Shown: in pieces, positions 9,393 to 18,815 of the stretch
Numbering within the stretch: position 1 is the first letter of the stretch
Layout of the letters: each line of letters opens with the position of its first letter
Assembly (NCBI GenBank): GCA_022450005.1
Contig: JAKURE010000001.1
Location: 24,220 to 88,219 of the forward strand
Direction of reading: 5' to 3'
Length of the DNA stretch: 64,000 nt
Source of the DNA: Halobacteriales archaeon
GTDB taxonomy: Archaea > Halobacteriota > Halobacteria > Halobacteriales > Hikarchaeaceae
Translations under genes and position numbers: made by a program
Notes under the pieces: model-generated
What the model was told of the DNA's origin: nothing
Database searches by the model: none
Seen by the model: only the letters and a program-made list of their open reading frames with translations

Positions 9393-10583
9393 TTAATTTT
9401 TAGTCTCTTTTACTTTCTCTGCTTCCCCCCGCGCCATTAAAAACATCGCGGCATACTCTGGAATTATATTGATGCCATCTGAGATTGTAAATGTTTCCCC
9501 TCCGAGCTCCACCAACTCATCTTCCCTACCTTCTACAGAAATTTTAATATCCCTTCCCTTAAATCGATCTGGAACCGCATGTTCTAATGGGTCAAATTCA
9601 TCTAATTTTTCATATTTTATTGGTTTCACTTGCAATGATGTTCCCCCATGCAAACTTAGCGGCAAACGAATCAAACGATGTATGTCTGTAGTCACTGGTT
9701 CGTCGATCGATGCAGATTGATTTTCTACAATATTTGGAATTAATTTCTTCATCCACGTAACAAAATCTGGATGGACATCTATATTTCCCATTTCAATCTC
9801 TTTATGTTTTTTATCTATAATGGATAAAATATTCAGAGCCTTTTTGGAACCAATTCCTTCAAATTCTTGCAATTTAAGCTGAGCATTTTCATTTTCCATA
9901 TCTCGCAACTCCTCGATACGTTCCAGTATGGAACTATGTACACGTTTATCCCATCCCCCACCTGCCCCCACACTTCTCTTTTTTGTAGGATTTTTCAATC
10001 CTATCCCCGCAACTGTTTCTGTTTGAACTATTGTTTCAAGTTCTACTCCTGCTCCAAGTATGTAATCCACCACTTCTCGTCTCGCAGATCGATCCAATTC
10101 TCTAATTGCATCGTGTCGAACGTGTACATGGTACCCCCTCCCCCCTGAAAAAACTATTTCTAGATTCTGAAATGAAAAATCTTCGGTTAGAAAATCAAGC
10201 AGTTTCCATAATTCCTCTTTACACGCATATAGCATCTCTGCATAAGTACTTCCCTCCGAAGAAAACGAATGAAGATGATCTGCATCCAAATCAAATATTA
10301 AATCAGATCCCATCCAATTTTTCCCCACCATCGAAGGTGTACCTGGTTTTTGGTATACCCCCGCAGAAAAATAAACATGCTTCGGCCGATTCGCCACGAG
10401 AAATTCTTGCAATCCGCCCATATCTAGAAGTGATTGATGTCTCTTCATTATGGTCCCCGTCCCTGCAGTCCATGGAATGAATCCCCATTCTCTGCGCTCT
10501 GCAGAAGGAGGATTATACGGGTTCATCGACCGATAATAATCCCCAAAACGCCCCCGGAGATATTCTCGAGTTCTATCTTCCAT
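9393..10583 (-). CDS. priS: DNA primase small (catalytic) subunit PriS
   Basis: AEP primase motifs LIFDLDADH and SGGRGYHVHV, plus the N-terminal YY...REWGF pattern. Confidence 0.9.
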   Translation of the reverse strand: MEDRTREYLRGRFGDYYRSMNPYNPPSAERREWGFIPWTAGTGTIMKRHQSLLDMGGLQEFLVANRPKHVYFSAGVYQKPGTPSMVGKNWMGSDLIFDLDADHLHSFSSEGSTYAEMLYACKEELWKLLDFLTEDFSFQNLEIVFSGGRGYHVHVRHDAIRELDRSARREVVDYILGAGVELETIVQTETVAGIGLKNPTKKRSVGAGGGWDKRVHSSILERIEELRDMENENAQLKLQEFEGIGSKKALNILSIIDKKHKEIEMGNIDVHPDFVTWMKKLIPNIVENQSASIDEPVTTDIHRLIRLPLSLHGGTSLQVKPIKYEKLDEFDPLEHAVPDRFKGRDIKISVEGREDELVELGGETFTISDGINIIPEYAAMFLMARGEAEKVKETKN

Positions 10584-10633
10584 CTCGAGATATCAGACTA
10601 CCAATGAGTAAAAATCTTTTTTTCTATGTATTA

Positions 10634-11080
10634 TTACAAATTTGGGGAATAAACTAGATACCACGCATCTCCCATATCTTCGTAATAACGCTGAACCAAT
10701 TTTTCTTTCTCAAATCCCATCTTTTCATAGAAACCTATCGCGCCTATGTTTGTAGTTCTAACATGACATGAAATGTGGTCATATTTTTCTCCCAGTGAGT
10801 CGATCAAATATTTCCCAATTCCTTCTTTCCGGTGATCCCCATTCACTGCAATAAAAAAGATATACCCGCTATCTTGAACGGCAATAAAACCTAGCCCACT
10901 CCCAGTCTCCGAATCAACACACCAAAATTTTTCTGCTTCATGATACATTTGTGCAAAAAATCCCCATTTTTGTTTCAACAAATCCTCTCCCCGACGTATC
11001 TCCTCTTTGAGCAACCACGCTTCATTCAACAGACGGCTACTGTCTGGTTCTATCTGTAGTATTTCGAAATTATTTCCCAC
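10634..11080 (-). CDS. GNAT family N-acetyltransferase
   Basis: Acetyl-CoA binding pattern FIAVNGDHRKEGIGKYLI and a C-terminal NIGAIGFYEKMGF. Confidence 0.8.
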   Translation of the reverse strand: MGNNFEILQIEPDSSRLLNEAWLLKEEIRRGEDLLKQKWGFFAQMYHEAEKFWCVDSETGSGLGFIAVQDSGYIFFIAVNGDHRKEGIGKYLIDSLGEKYDHISCHVRTTNIGAIGFYEKMGFEKEKLVQRYYEDMGDAWYLVYSPNL

Positions 11081-11222
11081 TGCGTTCTGTAAATATTCCC
11101 ATTATGATAACTGCATCTTTTCCCATCCAACTGTTCTATTGAAACTTCTGCTACCATTCTCTTGTTGATGTGAAATGCAGACAACTAAATCAAACCATTT
11201 CTTATATTCAAACCAAACTATC

Positions 11223-11633
11223 ATGGAATTTCATCTTCGGGATCATACTGCCGACATCGCAGTCGAATCATTAGCCCCCACTTTGGAAGAAGCATTTTCC
11301 GGTATTGCAGAAGGTCTATCCCAAGCACACTCTCCCAACTCCCTTTCTGGAACCAAAAAATTCCATTTAAATATATCTTCGGAGTCTCTGGAATCTCTTC
11401 TATTTGATTTTCTTGACATGCTCATTTACGAACGTGACGTGTACAATGTTTTACCAACAAACCACAAAGTATCCATCACCCAGAAAGATGATATATGGAA
11501 CCTCGAAGGAACCTACTACGGTGTCCCTCTCGATACCATCGAATCTCGTGAAATCAAAGCCGTCACATATTCTGACATGGAAGTTAAAAAAACACCAAAT
11601 GGGTGGAGATTGTATGTCGTATTTGATGTATGA
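11223..11633 (+). CDS. Archease (RtcB activator)
   Basis: MEFHLRDHTADIAVE at the N-terminus and IKAVTYSDMEV at the C-terminus are archease hallmarks. It lies directly upstream of rtcB. Confidence 0.85.
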   Translation: MEFHLRDHTADIAVESLAPTLEEAFSGIAEGLSQAHSPNSLSGTKKFHLNISSESLESLLFDFLDMLIYERDVYNVLPTNHKVSITQKDDIWNLEGTYYGVPLDTIESREIKAVTYSDMEVKKTPNGWRLYVVFDV

Positions 11634-11685
11634 CCTATCACCCCCGTAACGAAGGTATATGTTCTAAGACCGTAATATACGAATA

Positions 11686-13143
11686 ATGACCACATTCAAA
11701 TCGGGAAACATCTCTCTCACTCAAATAGAAGAATTCGTATGGGAAATCCCCCGATCCGGAGATATGCTAGTCCCTGCAAGAATATTTGCAAGTGAAACTT
11801 TATTGGAACAAATATCTCAAGACAAAACGCTAGAACAATTAAAAAACACAGCATCTTTACCTGGAATACAAAAGTATGCAATTTGCATGCCAGATGGTCA
11901 CCAAGGATATGGTTTCCCAGTCGGAGGTGTGGTGGCCACCGATGCAAATAATGGCTGTATTTCTCCAGGCGGAGTGGGTTATGACATCAATTGCGGTGTC
12001 CGCATGATAAAAACCAATCTTTCTTATTCCGATTTACGTGGAAAAGAAGAATCACTCGGGAAACTTCTCTTCAACAAAGTCCCCGCAGGACTAGGGAAAG
12101 GAGGGGTTCTCAATACTTCTTTAGAAGATATAGAAGAAATTCTATCATTGGGGGTTGAATGGGCGCTATCTAATGGTTATGCCGTACCAGAAGATTTGGA
12201 TTTCTGCGAAGATCGCGGAAGGAGAACAGACGCCGATCCGACTAAAATTTCACTCAGGGCAAAACAAAGAGGAAAAAACCAAGTTGGTTCTCTTGGCTCT
12301 GGAAATCATTTTCTTGAAGTTCAACGAGTGGTAGAAATATTTCGAGAAGATGTCGCACATTCTTATGGTTTATCACAGGACCAGATCGTTATATTGATCC
12401 ACACCGGATCTCGCGGATTGGGGCACCAAACTTGCACTGATTATCTGCGAAAAATAGAGATGGAACACGCCACTCTTTTATCAAAACTACCGGATAAAGA
12501 GCTCGCAGCGGCCCCATCTGGTAGCCAATTAGCATCGGACTACTACGCCGCCATGTGCGCTTGCATAAATTTTGCGTGGACCAATCGCCAAATAATTACT
12601 TACGCCGTTAGACTAGTATTCGAGGAACTATTCAACAAACCATGGGAAGACCTTGGAATGGATTTACTCTATGACGTAGCACACAACATAGCAAAAAAAG
12701 AATTCCACATGGTAAATGGGACACAACGTGAATTATTTGTCCACCGAAAAGGTGCAACCAGGGCATTCCCCGCAGGAAACCCCGAATTGCCATCTGCCTT
12801 TAAAACTGTAGGCCAACCAGTTATCATACCCGGAAGCATGGGATCTGATAGTTATATCTTACGAGGTGGGGATGCATCATTGGATTTAACTTTCGGTTCA
12901 ACTGCCCATGGGGCCGGTAGAATTTTAAGCCGCACAAAAGCCAAAAAACTATTCAAAGCATCTGAAATACAGGCAAAACTCAAGGAACAAAATATCCATG
13001 TCACTGCGACCCTTGATGCTACTATCTCTGAAGAAGCACCCGGTGTTTACAAAGACGTATCTGAAGTTGTTAATATATCTGATTTTTTAGGAATTGGAGA
13101 CAAAGTTGCCCGAACCTATCCTGTTGTTAACATTAAAGGGTGA
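11686..13143 (+). CDS. rtcB: RNA-splicing ligase RtcB
   Basis: MPDGHQGYGFPVGGV, GYDINCGVR, GSGNHF, HTGSRGLGHQ and HGAGR motifs. Normal length with no intein. Confidence 0.95.
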   Translation: MTTFKSGNISLTQIEEFVWEIPRSGDMLVPARIFASETLLEQISQDKTLEQLKNTASLPGIQKYAICMPDGHQGYGFPVGGVVATDANNGCISPGGVGYDINCGVRMIKTNLSYSDLRGKEESLGKLLFNKVPAGLGKGGVLNTSLEDIEEILSLGVEWALSNGYAVPEDLDFCEDRGRRTDADPTKISLRAKQRGKNQVGSLGSGNHFLEVQRVVEIFREDVAHSYGLSQDQIVILIHTGSRGLGHQTCTDYLRKIEMEHATLLSKLPDKELAAAPSGSQLASDYYAAMCACINFAWTNRQIITYAVRLVFEELFNKPWEDLGMDLLYDVAHNIAKKEFHMVNGTQRELFVHRKGATRAFPAGNPELPSAFKTVGQPVIIPGSMGSDSYILRGGDASLDLTFGSTAHGAGRILSRTKAKKLFKASEIQAKLKEQNIHVTATLDATISEEAPGVYKDVSEVVNISDFLGIGDKVARTYPVVNIKG

Positions 13144-13188
13144 TACAATTAACAAACTATATCTAAGCCTACTACTTCCCAAAAAACA

Positions 13189-14208
13189 ATGGGAACTACA
13201 TGTAAAACTAGTGCGGTGTACATCGCAAACAAACCACTTCAGGATTTCCTAGATGTAGTGGATTCAATCGAAACTCTTGGGTATGAAGATCTATTCATCG
13301 CTGATCAGGCTCTCCGAAAGAACATGTATGCATGGGCAACTCTTGCAGCTGCCCGAACACACAAAATTGGGATCGGTCCCTCTGTCACAAATGCTTACAC
13401 CCGAAACCCTGGTCTCACTGCGGCATCAATGGCCACCCTCGATGAACTTTCTGATGGAAGGGCAAAATTAGGGTTCGGTGCCGGAGGCCACGGGGTGGAT
13501 AAATTTGGATATGATCAATCGAAATTAATTGGGACTATGAGGGATGCAATTGATGCAATCCGACGCCTAACGTCTGGGGAAACTGTCACTTCAACACGAG
13601 ATGAATTTTCGTTACATGAAGCTAAATTAGAATTTAAACCCATTAGAGACAAAATTCCTATCTACATTGGAGGTAGGGGCCCTCAACTCCTATCTTTAGC
13701 TGGCGCAGTAGCAGATGGGGCATTTTTGGGAGGTGGCCTCCTATCCCCTCAGGGTGTAAAATATGCCCAAGAACGAATTTCTATCGGTGCAAATTCAACC
13801 GGCAGGGACCCCTCTGATATAGATTTAAGATATTTAGTTTTTGTTTCTGTATCTCAAAATAAAGAAAAATCTCTCAACGCTGCCGCTTGGTTCATTTCCA
13901 TGCTAACCAAACGGCATGCTAGTCTTACAGCACTTAAAGCAGCCGGGGCACAAGATTCCCATATCCAAAAAATAAAAGAACTCGGTGATATCGATTCAAT
14001 TCCTCCCTCTGAACTCCGAACTTCCATTTCTCCTGAATTAATGGATCTATATACTATTGTGGGAAATCCAGAAGATTGTCAAACACGAGTTGAAGAACTA
14101 GTTGATATGGGAATAAAACATCTGACGTTAGTTCCCTTCTCCAATGAAGAAAAAAATATATTGGAAATCTTAGAAACCTTCTCCGATTTCGATTGTATAT
14201 CTAGCTAA
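13189..14208 (+). CDS. LLM-class (luciferase-like) F420/flavin-dependent oxidoreductase, Mer-like
   Basis: TIM-barrel LLM pattern (LGYEDLFIADQ, GIGPSVTNAYTRNP, LDELSDGRAKLGFGAGG) resembling the methylene-H4MPT reductase family. Confidence 0.65.
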   Translation: MGTTCKTSAVYIANKPLQDFLDVVDSIETLGYEDLFIADQALRKNMYAWATLAAARTHKIGIGPSVTNAYTRNPGLTAASMATLDELSDGRAKLGFGAGGHGVDKFGYDQSKLIGTMRDAIDAIRRLTSGETVTSTRDEFSLHEAKLEFKPIRDKIPIYIGGRGPQLLSLAGAVADGAFLGGGLLSPQGVKYAQERISIGANSTGRDPSDIDLRYLVFVSVSQNKEKSLNAAAWFISMLTKRHASLTALKAAGAQDSHIQKIKELGDIDSIPPSELRTSISPELMDLYTIVGNPEDCQTRVEELVDMGIKHLTLVPFSNEEKNILEILETFSDFDCISS

Positions 14209-14225
14209 TAAATTTAATTGAATTC

Positions 14226-15500
14226 TTAAACTGAATCCTGTATTTTCTTTACAATCCCTTCTGTATACTCTGTAGTCGACACCTTTGTCGCCCCAGTCAT
14301 CTGTCTTTCAAAATCATACGTTACTTCTTTTGAGGCAATTTGTGCTTCTATTGCATCTTTTACCAAATCCGCTGCATCGTGCCATCCCATGTATTCCAAC
14401 ATAATCCTTCCAGACAAAATCATGGCAGTGGGGTTAACTTTATTTTGACCTACATATTTCGGTGCAGATCCGTGAGTTGGTTCTGCAAGTATCATCCCAT
14501 CTCCGATATTTGCCCCTGGAGCAATACCCAAACCACCAACTTGGGCCGCACAAGCATCTGAAAGATAATCTCCATTTAAGTTCGGAACTGCTAGGACATC
14601 ATATTCATCTGTTCTTGTCAACACTTGTTGCAGCATATTGTCTGCAATTCTGTCATTTATCACTACCGAACCCTCTGGGACTTCCCCTTCCCTCTCTTCC
14701 CATAATGTATTTTCTGCTATGATCTGATCTCCATATTCTTCTGCCAATTCGTATCCCCACTTCGCAAACGCCGCTTCTGTATATTTCATGATATTTCCTT
14801 TATGCACAAATGTTACAGATTTTCTGTTTCTTTCAATCGCATAATCAATAGCTTTCTTTACGAGCCTCTTTGTTCCAAATTCTGTAATCGGCTTTATACC
14901 AATTCCAATCGGACCTTCGTGCATGGCACCTTTGACTCCCATTTCTTCTTCAATAAATCTTTTAATCTTCTCTACTTCTGGAGTGCCAGCTTCCCATTCT
15001 ATACCTGCGTATATATCTTCTGTATTTTCTCTAAATATCACCATGTCCATCTTCTCTGGATGTTTAACTGGGGATGGTACTCCTTTCAAGTGATACACTG
15101 GACGAACGCATGCGTATAGATCTAAAATCTTCCTTAATGCAACGTTTAGACTCCTAAACCCAGATCCAACTGGTGTTGTAAGCGGCCCTTTTATAGCAAC
15201 TCTAAATTCTCGAATCGCAGCCAAAGTGTCTTCTGGTAAAATATTTCCATCATACAGTTCACTCGCACTTTCGCCCGCATGAACTTCCATCCAATTAATT
15301 TTTCTACCTGTTGCTTCTGCAGCAGCTTGTAATACTTGTTGAGTTGCAGGACCTACATCCACTCCAATCCCATCTCCATATATAATTGGAATTATGGGGT
15401 CGTCTGGAACAATGAGATCATCTGCGTTATCTTTTCCTTTCTCAATCCTAGACCCGCTGCTAGGAACTTCTACTTTTTCGTACTTATAACTCATCTTCAC
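14226..15500 (-). CDS. icd: NADP-dependent isocitrate dehydrogenase
   Basis: [39 protein letters not shown] and [11 protein letters not shown] motifs. Confidence 0.93.
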   Translation of the reverse strand: MKMSYKYEKVEVPSSGSRIEKGKDNADDLIVPDDPIIPIIYGDGIGVDVGPATQQVLQAAAEATGRKINWMEVHAGESASELYDGNILPEDTLAAIREFRVAIKGPLTTPVGSGFRSLNVALRKILDLYACVRPVYHLKGVPSPVKHPEKMDMVIFRENTEDIYAGIEWEAGTPEVEKIKRFIEEEMGVKGAMHEGPIGIGIKPITEFGTKRLVKKAIDYAIERNRKSVTFVHKGNIMKYTEAAFAKWGYELAEEYGDQIIAENTLWEEREGEVPEGSVVINDRIADNMLQQVLTRTDEYDVLAVPNLNGDYLSDACAAQVGGLGIAPGANIGDGMILAEPTHGSAPKYVGQNKVNPTAMILSGRIMLEYMGWHDAADLVKDAIEAQIASKEVTYDFERQMTGATKVSTTEYTEGIVKKIQDSV

Positions 15501-15574
15501 AGGATATTTGTCAAACTACTGGTAAAAACAATTCGTTCTGATAATACACTTTTCACATAGCGTTATCCTACAGA

Positions 15575-16606
15575 CTAAAATTCTGGACGTGGACTATTTT
15601 TTTGGAGCACTATTTCTGCAATATTCCCCCCATAATCTGCACACCGAGATATCGAATCTGCAATCAATCCTATCTTTTGAGCATCAAGTGGGGACAATGT
15701 TTTCGAGTCTATAAACTCTATCATCGAATTTACCATTCCAAGCATCATTCCTTCCATCTCTACTACCCGAGTCCGAGCTTCATTTGCCATACCCCATCCC
15801 TTGTTTGTATCTTCTATATGCATTGCTTCTACCGAAAGAACAATTATCTCATTTGCCAGATCATATAATCTATCTAAATCCCCGCCAAGCCCCTCTGGAA
15901 TCTCCTGAATTTCTTTTTTCATATAACTAATTTTCACCGCATGATCTCCTATTCTCTCTAATTGTTCTGCACAATTATGGTAATCAAAACAATCCAACCT
16001 TTCCATTCCTAAATCTTTGATTTTTGTTGGACTCATGAGAGCTGTTCTGAACGCTCTTGACACAACGAACCAAAGTCTATCAACATCGTTGTCCCTTTCA
16101 ATGACATCCTCTGCCAGCTCGAAATCATTCCCCCTCAACGCTGCCATAGAGTCCGAAAGCATGGAAAGAACCATACTTTGCATCCTTTGAACTGTCCCCT
16201 GTATGGACATTTCTGAATTATCCAGCAGATCTTGCAATTTAATATACTTCGATGTTTCTTCCACTATCTCTACCCCAACAAGCTGCCTCGTTGCATCTCG
16301 AATCGCACGCCTTTGCTCGAGCGTAATCCCATCTGATTCTAGTTTCATCACCTCAAAACCACTGACATACATGGAAAAAATTGCCCGAGTTATCTCTCCA
16401 TTATCCATTTTACTTACTTTTATAAACCCCTCACTTCGTTCGTCCTCATTTTCGGTAGTCACCACGATCGAATTCCCTTCTGGATAAAATGTTAACACAG
16501 ATCCTGCAGCAATTTTATTGTCAACCGCCCAGTCCTTTGGCAACGAAACCGTGTAAGTTGATCCTCCCGTTCGCTGAACCTTTCTTCGATCTACATTAGT
16601 GGTCAT
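15575..16606 (-). CDS. AbrB/SpoVT-domain plus PhoU-domain phosphate uptake regulator
   Basis: The N-terminal RKVQRTGGSTYTVSLPKDW matches a swapped-hairpin AbrB-type domain. Two PhoU-like helical repeats follow (DVDRLWF..., ERIGDHAVKI). It is divergent from the pst operon. Confidence 0.75.
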   Translation of the reverse strand: MTTNVDRRKVQRTGGSTYTVSLPKDWAVDNKIAAGSVLTFYPEGNSIVVTTENEDERSEGFIKVSKMDNGEITRAIFSMYVSGFEVMKLESDGITLEQRRAIRDATRQLVGVEIVEETSKYIKLQDLLDNSEMSIQGTVQRMQSMVLSMLSDSMAALRGNDFELAEDVIERDNDVDRLWFVVSRAFRTALMSPTKIKDLGMERLDCFDYHNCAEQLERIGDHAVKISYMKKEIQEIPEGLGGDLDRLYDLANEIIVLSVEAMHIEDTNKGWGMANEARTRVVEMEGMMLGMVNSMIEFIDSKTLSPLDAQKIGLIADSISRCADYGGNIAEIVLQKNSPRPEF

Positions 16607-16716
16607 CTGCTACTTTTATCTACATACATTATTATCTATATATATACCTTATTTATTTAATTCATCCATATCTAAATTAAGAACATTCACTGTCAGACAT
16701 GCCATTCTATATATTT

Positions 16717-16742
16717 ATTATATCGATTTTTTTCGATATAAT
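16717..16742. promoter_or_regulatory. Perfect 10-bp inverted repeat (ATTATATCGA-N6-TCGATATAAT) in the divergent phoU-like/pstS control region
   Basis: Read directly from the sequence. The arms are 16717-16726 and 16733-16742, with spacer TTTTTT. It lies between the two divergent start codons (16606 and 16846). Confidence 0.45.
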
Positions 16743-16845
16743 GGGCACCTTTCAATTCTTTTGTATATTCATCTATATATTAATTAATACTTCAATATAC
16801 TCAAAATAGTTCTTTATTTAACCCCATTTCTATTTATAGTAGATA

Positions 16846-17829
16846 ATGGTATTGGAAAATTTTTATTCTCGGCGAAATTTTCTAGCCACATATAGTGCAT
16901 TAGGTCTCCTTTCCGTATCAGGATGTATCAATGAAACTCGGAAATCTAATCCCTCAACCAGAGCGTCGAAAGAAAAACTTTTTGGAGAAATAAATATCGC
17001 AGGGAGTTCTACAGTCTTCCCACTAATGACGGCTATGGCAGAAGAATTCCAAAAACAACATTCCGATGTCACTATTACAATTCAATCAACTGGAAGTGGT
17101 GGCGGATTCAAAAACTTTTTTTGTCTAGGTCAGACTCACTTTAGTAACGCGAGTAGGCCCATCAAAAATTCCGAAATTGATCTCTGCAAAGGAAACGGTG
17201 TGACCCCCCATGAAATTAGGCTTGCAACCGATGCATTAACTATTATTGTCAACAAAAACGCCGATTGGGTCGATAGCATGACTGTCGCAGAACTCAAATC
17301 AGTCTGGGATCAAAACGCAGCAGAAAAGTGGTCTGATGTAAACCCATCTTGGCCAGATGAGAAAATCGATCGATACGGTGCAGCAGCCACCTCTGGCACG
17401 TTTGATTACTTCAACGAAGTGATCATAGGAGAAAACGGAGACACTCACACCACTAATTACCAACCAACCGAAGAAGACCATATCATTATTGCAGGAATCG
17501 AAGGAAACAAATACGCAATAGGATATCTGGGATTCTCACACTATTACAACAATCCCGATACAATCAAGGCATTAAAAATAGATGGTGGAAATGGACCTGT
17601 TGCACCCACTCTCGACGCAGCAAAAAATGGAAAATACAAACCCCTTTCCAGACCTCTATTTACATACGTGTCCTCCGAAAAACTCGCAGAAAAACACGTC
17701 GCAGAATTTGCAAAATATTGCATTGAACAAAGCGCAAATGAGCAGATCGTAGCAGAAGAAGTTGGGTATGTGCCAAATACAAAAGAGACTATTACAAAAG
17801 AGTTGGCAGCTTTAAATGCACTAATTTAA
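16846..17829 (+). CDS. pstS: Phosphate ABC transporter substrate-binding lipoprotein PstS
   Basis: Twin-arginine signal SRRNFL plus lipobox SVSGC. PstS core motifs include GSSTVFPL and STGSGGGF. Confidence 0.88.
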   Translation: MVLENFYSRRNFLATYSALGLLSVSGCINETRKSNPSTRASKEKLFGEINIAGSSTVFPLMTAMAEEFQKQHSDVTITIQSTGSGGGFKNFFCLGQTHFSNASRPIKNSEIDLCKGNGVTPHEIRLATDALTIIVNKNADWVDSMTVAELKSVWDQNAAEKWSDVNPSWPDEKIDRYGAAATSGTFDYFNEVIIGENGDTHTTNYQPTEEDHIIIAGIEGNKYAIGYLGFSHYYNNPDTIKALKIDGGNGPVAPTLDAAKNGKYKPLSRPLFTYVSSEKLAEKHVAEFAKYCIEQSANEQIVAEEVGYVPNTKETITKELAALNALI

Positions 17830-17840
17830 TCACCAAAACT

Positions 17841-18815
17841 ATGATTCCCGACCCCAAAGACCACATGGACTCACTTTCATCAACTTCTCATTTCAAAACT
17901 CGTAGAATTTTTGAGAGTATTTATGCAAACATATTTTTCATCCTTGCAATTCTTACAATCTTCACGACAATTGGGATAATTTATTTTCTTTTCGAAGATG
18001 CCATAGTCTTTTTCAGTCAGTATAGTCCTCTCAAGTTTCTTACTAGTTCCAATTGGAGTCCTGTAATTCCCCCTAAAGAATATGGAATATTGCCTCTCTT
18101 ATTTGGGACTCTTGTAGTGACTTTCATGGCAGCTTTAGTGGCAGTTCCCATCGGAACCTTAACTGCAGTTTATCTCAGTGAATATGCAGACAAACGCACT
18201 CACTCTATACTCAAACCACTACTAGAAATTCTCGCAGGAGTCCCCACTGTCGTTTATGGATTTTTCGCCCTAGCTTATGTTACACCTGCACTCCGTATAC
18301 TCTTTCCCTCAATTAGTCCTTTCAATGCACTTTCTGCATCGTTAATGGTTGGAATCATGATCATACCTATGGTTTCCTCCATCTCCGAGGATGCCATGAG
18401 TGCCGTCCCCGATTCTCTTAGACAAGCAGGATTTGGACTCGGAGCGACCAAATTCGACGTCTCTACTAGTATTGTTATTCCTGCAGCTTTGTCTGGAATT
18501 GTGGCATCTTATATCCTAGCTATTTCTCGCGCAATTGGAGAAACCATGATTGTAACTGTTGCTATGGGACTCCACCCCACTCTACCCGACGTTCGATATA
18601 TTGGTCCTATCCCGTATGTTCACCCAGCAGACTTTCTGCTAGAAACTGGACAAACTATGACCGCAGCTATGGTCCAATTAGCCCAAAGTGACCTCGTAGG
18701 TAGTTCAGTAGCTTATAACAGCCTCTTTGCAATTGGTATAACTCTATTCTTTGTTACCCTCCTAATGAATGCAATAAGTAACTTCATCACTGAACGATAC
18801 AGGGAGAGTTACTAA
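17841..18815 (+). CDS. pstC: Phosphate ABC transporter permease PstC
   Basis: Polytopic permease with the EAA-type loop (DSLRQAGFGLGATKFD), in pst operon context. Confidence 0.88.
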   Translation: MIPDPKDHMDSLSSTSHFKTRRIFESIYANIFFILAILTIFTTIGIIYFLFEDAIVFFSQYSPLKFLTSSNWSPVIPPKEYGILPLLFGTLVVTFMAALVAVPIGTLTAVYLSEYADKRTHSILKPLLEILAGVPTVVYGFFALAYVTPALRILFPSISPFNALSASLMVGIMIIPMVSSISEDAMSAVPDSLRQAGFGLGATKFDVSTSIVIPAALSGIVASYILAISRAIGETMIVTVAMGLHPTLPDVRYIGPIPYVHPADFLLETGQTMTAAMVQLAQSDLVGSSVAYNSLFAIGITLFFVTLLMNAISNFITERYRESY

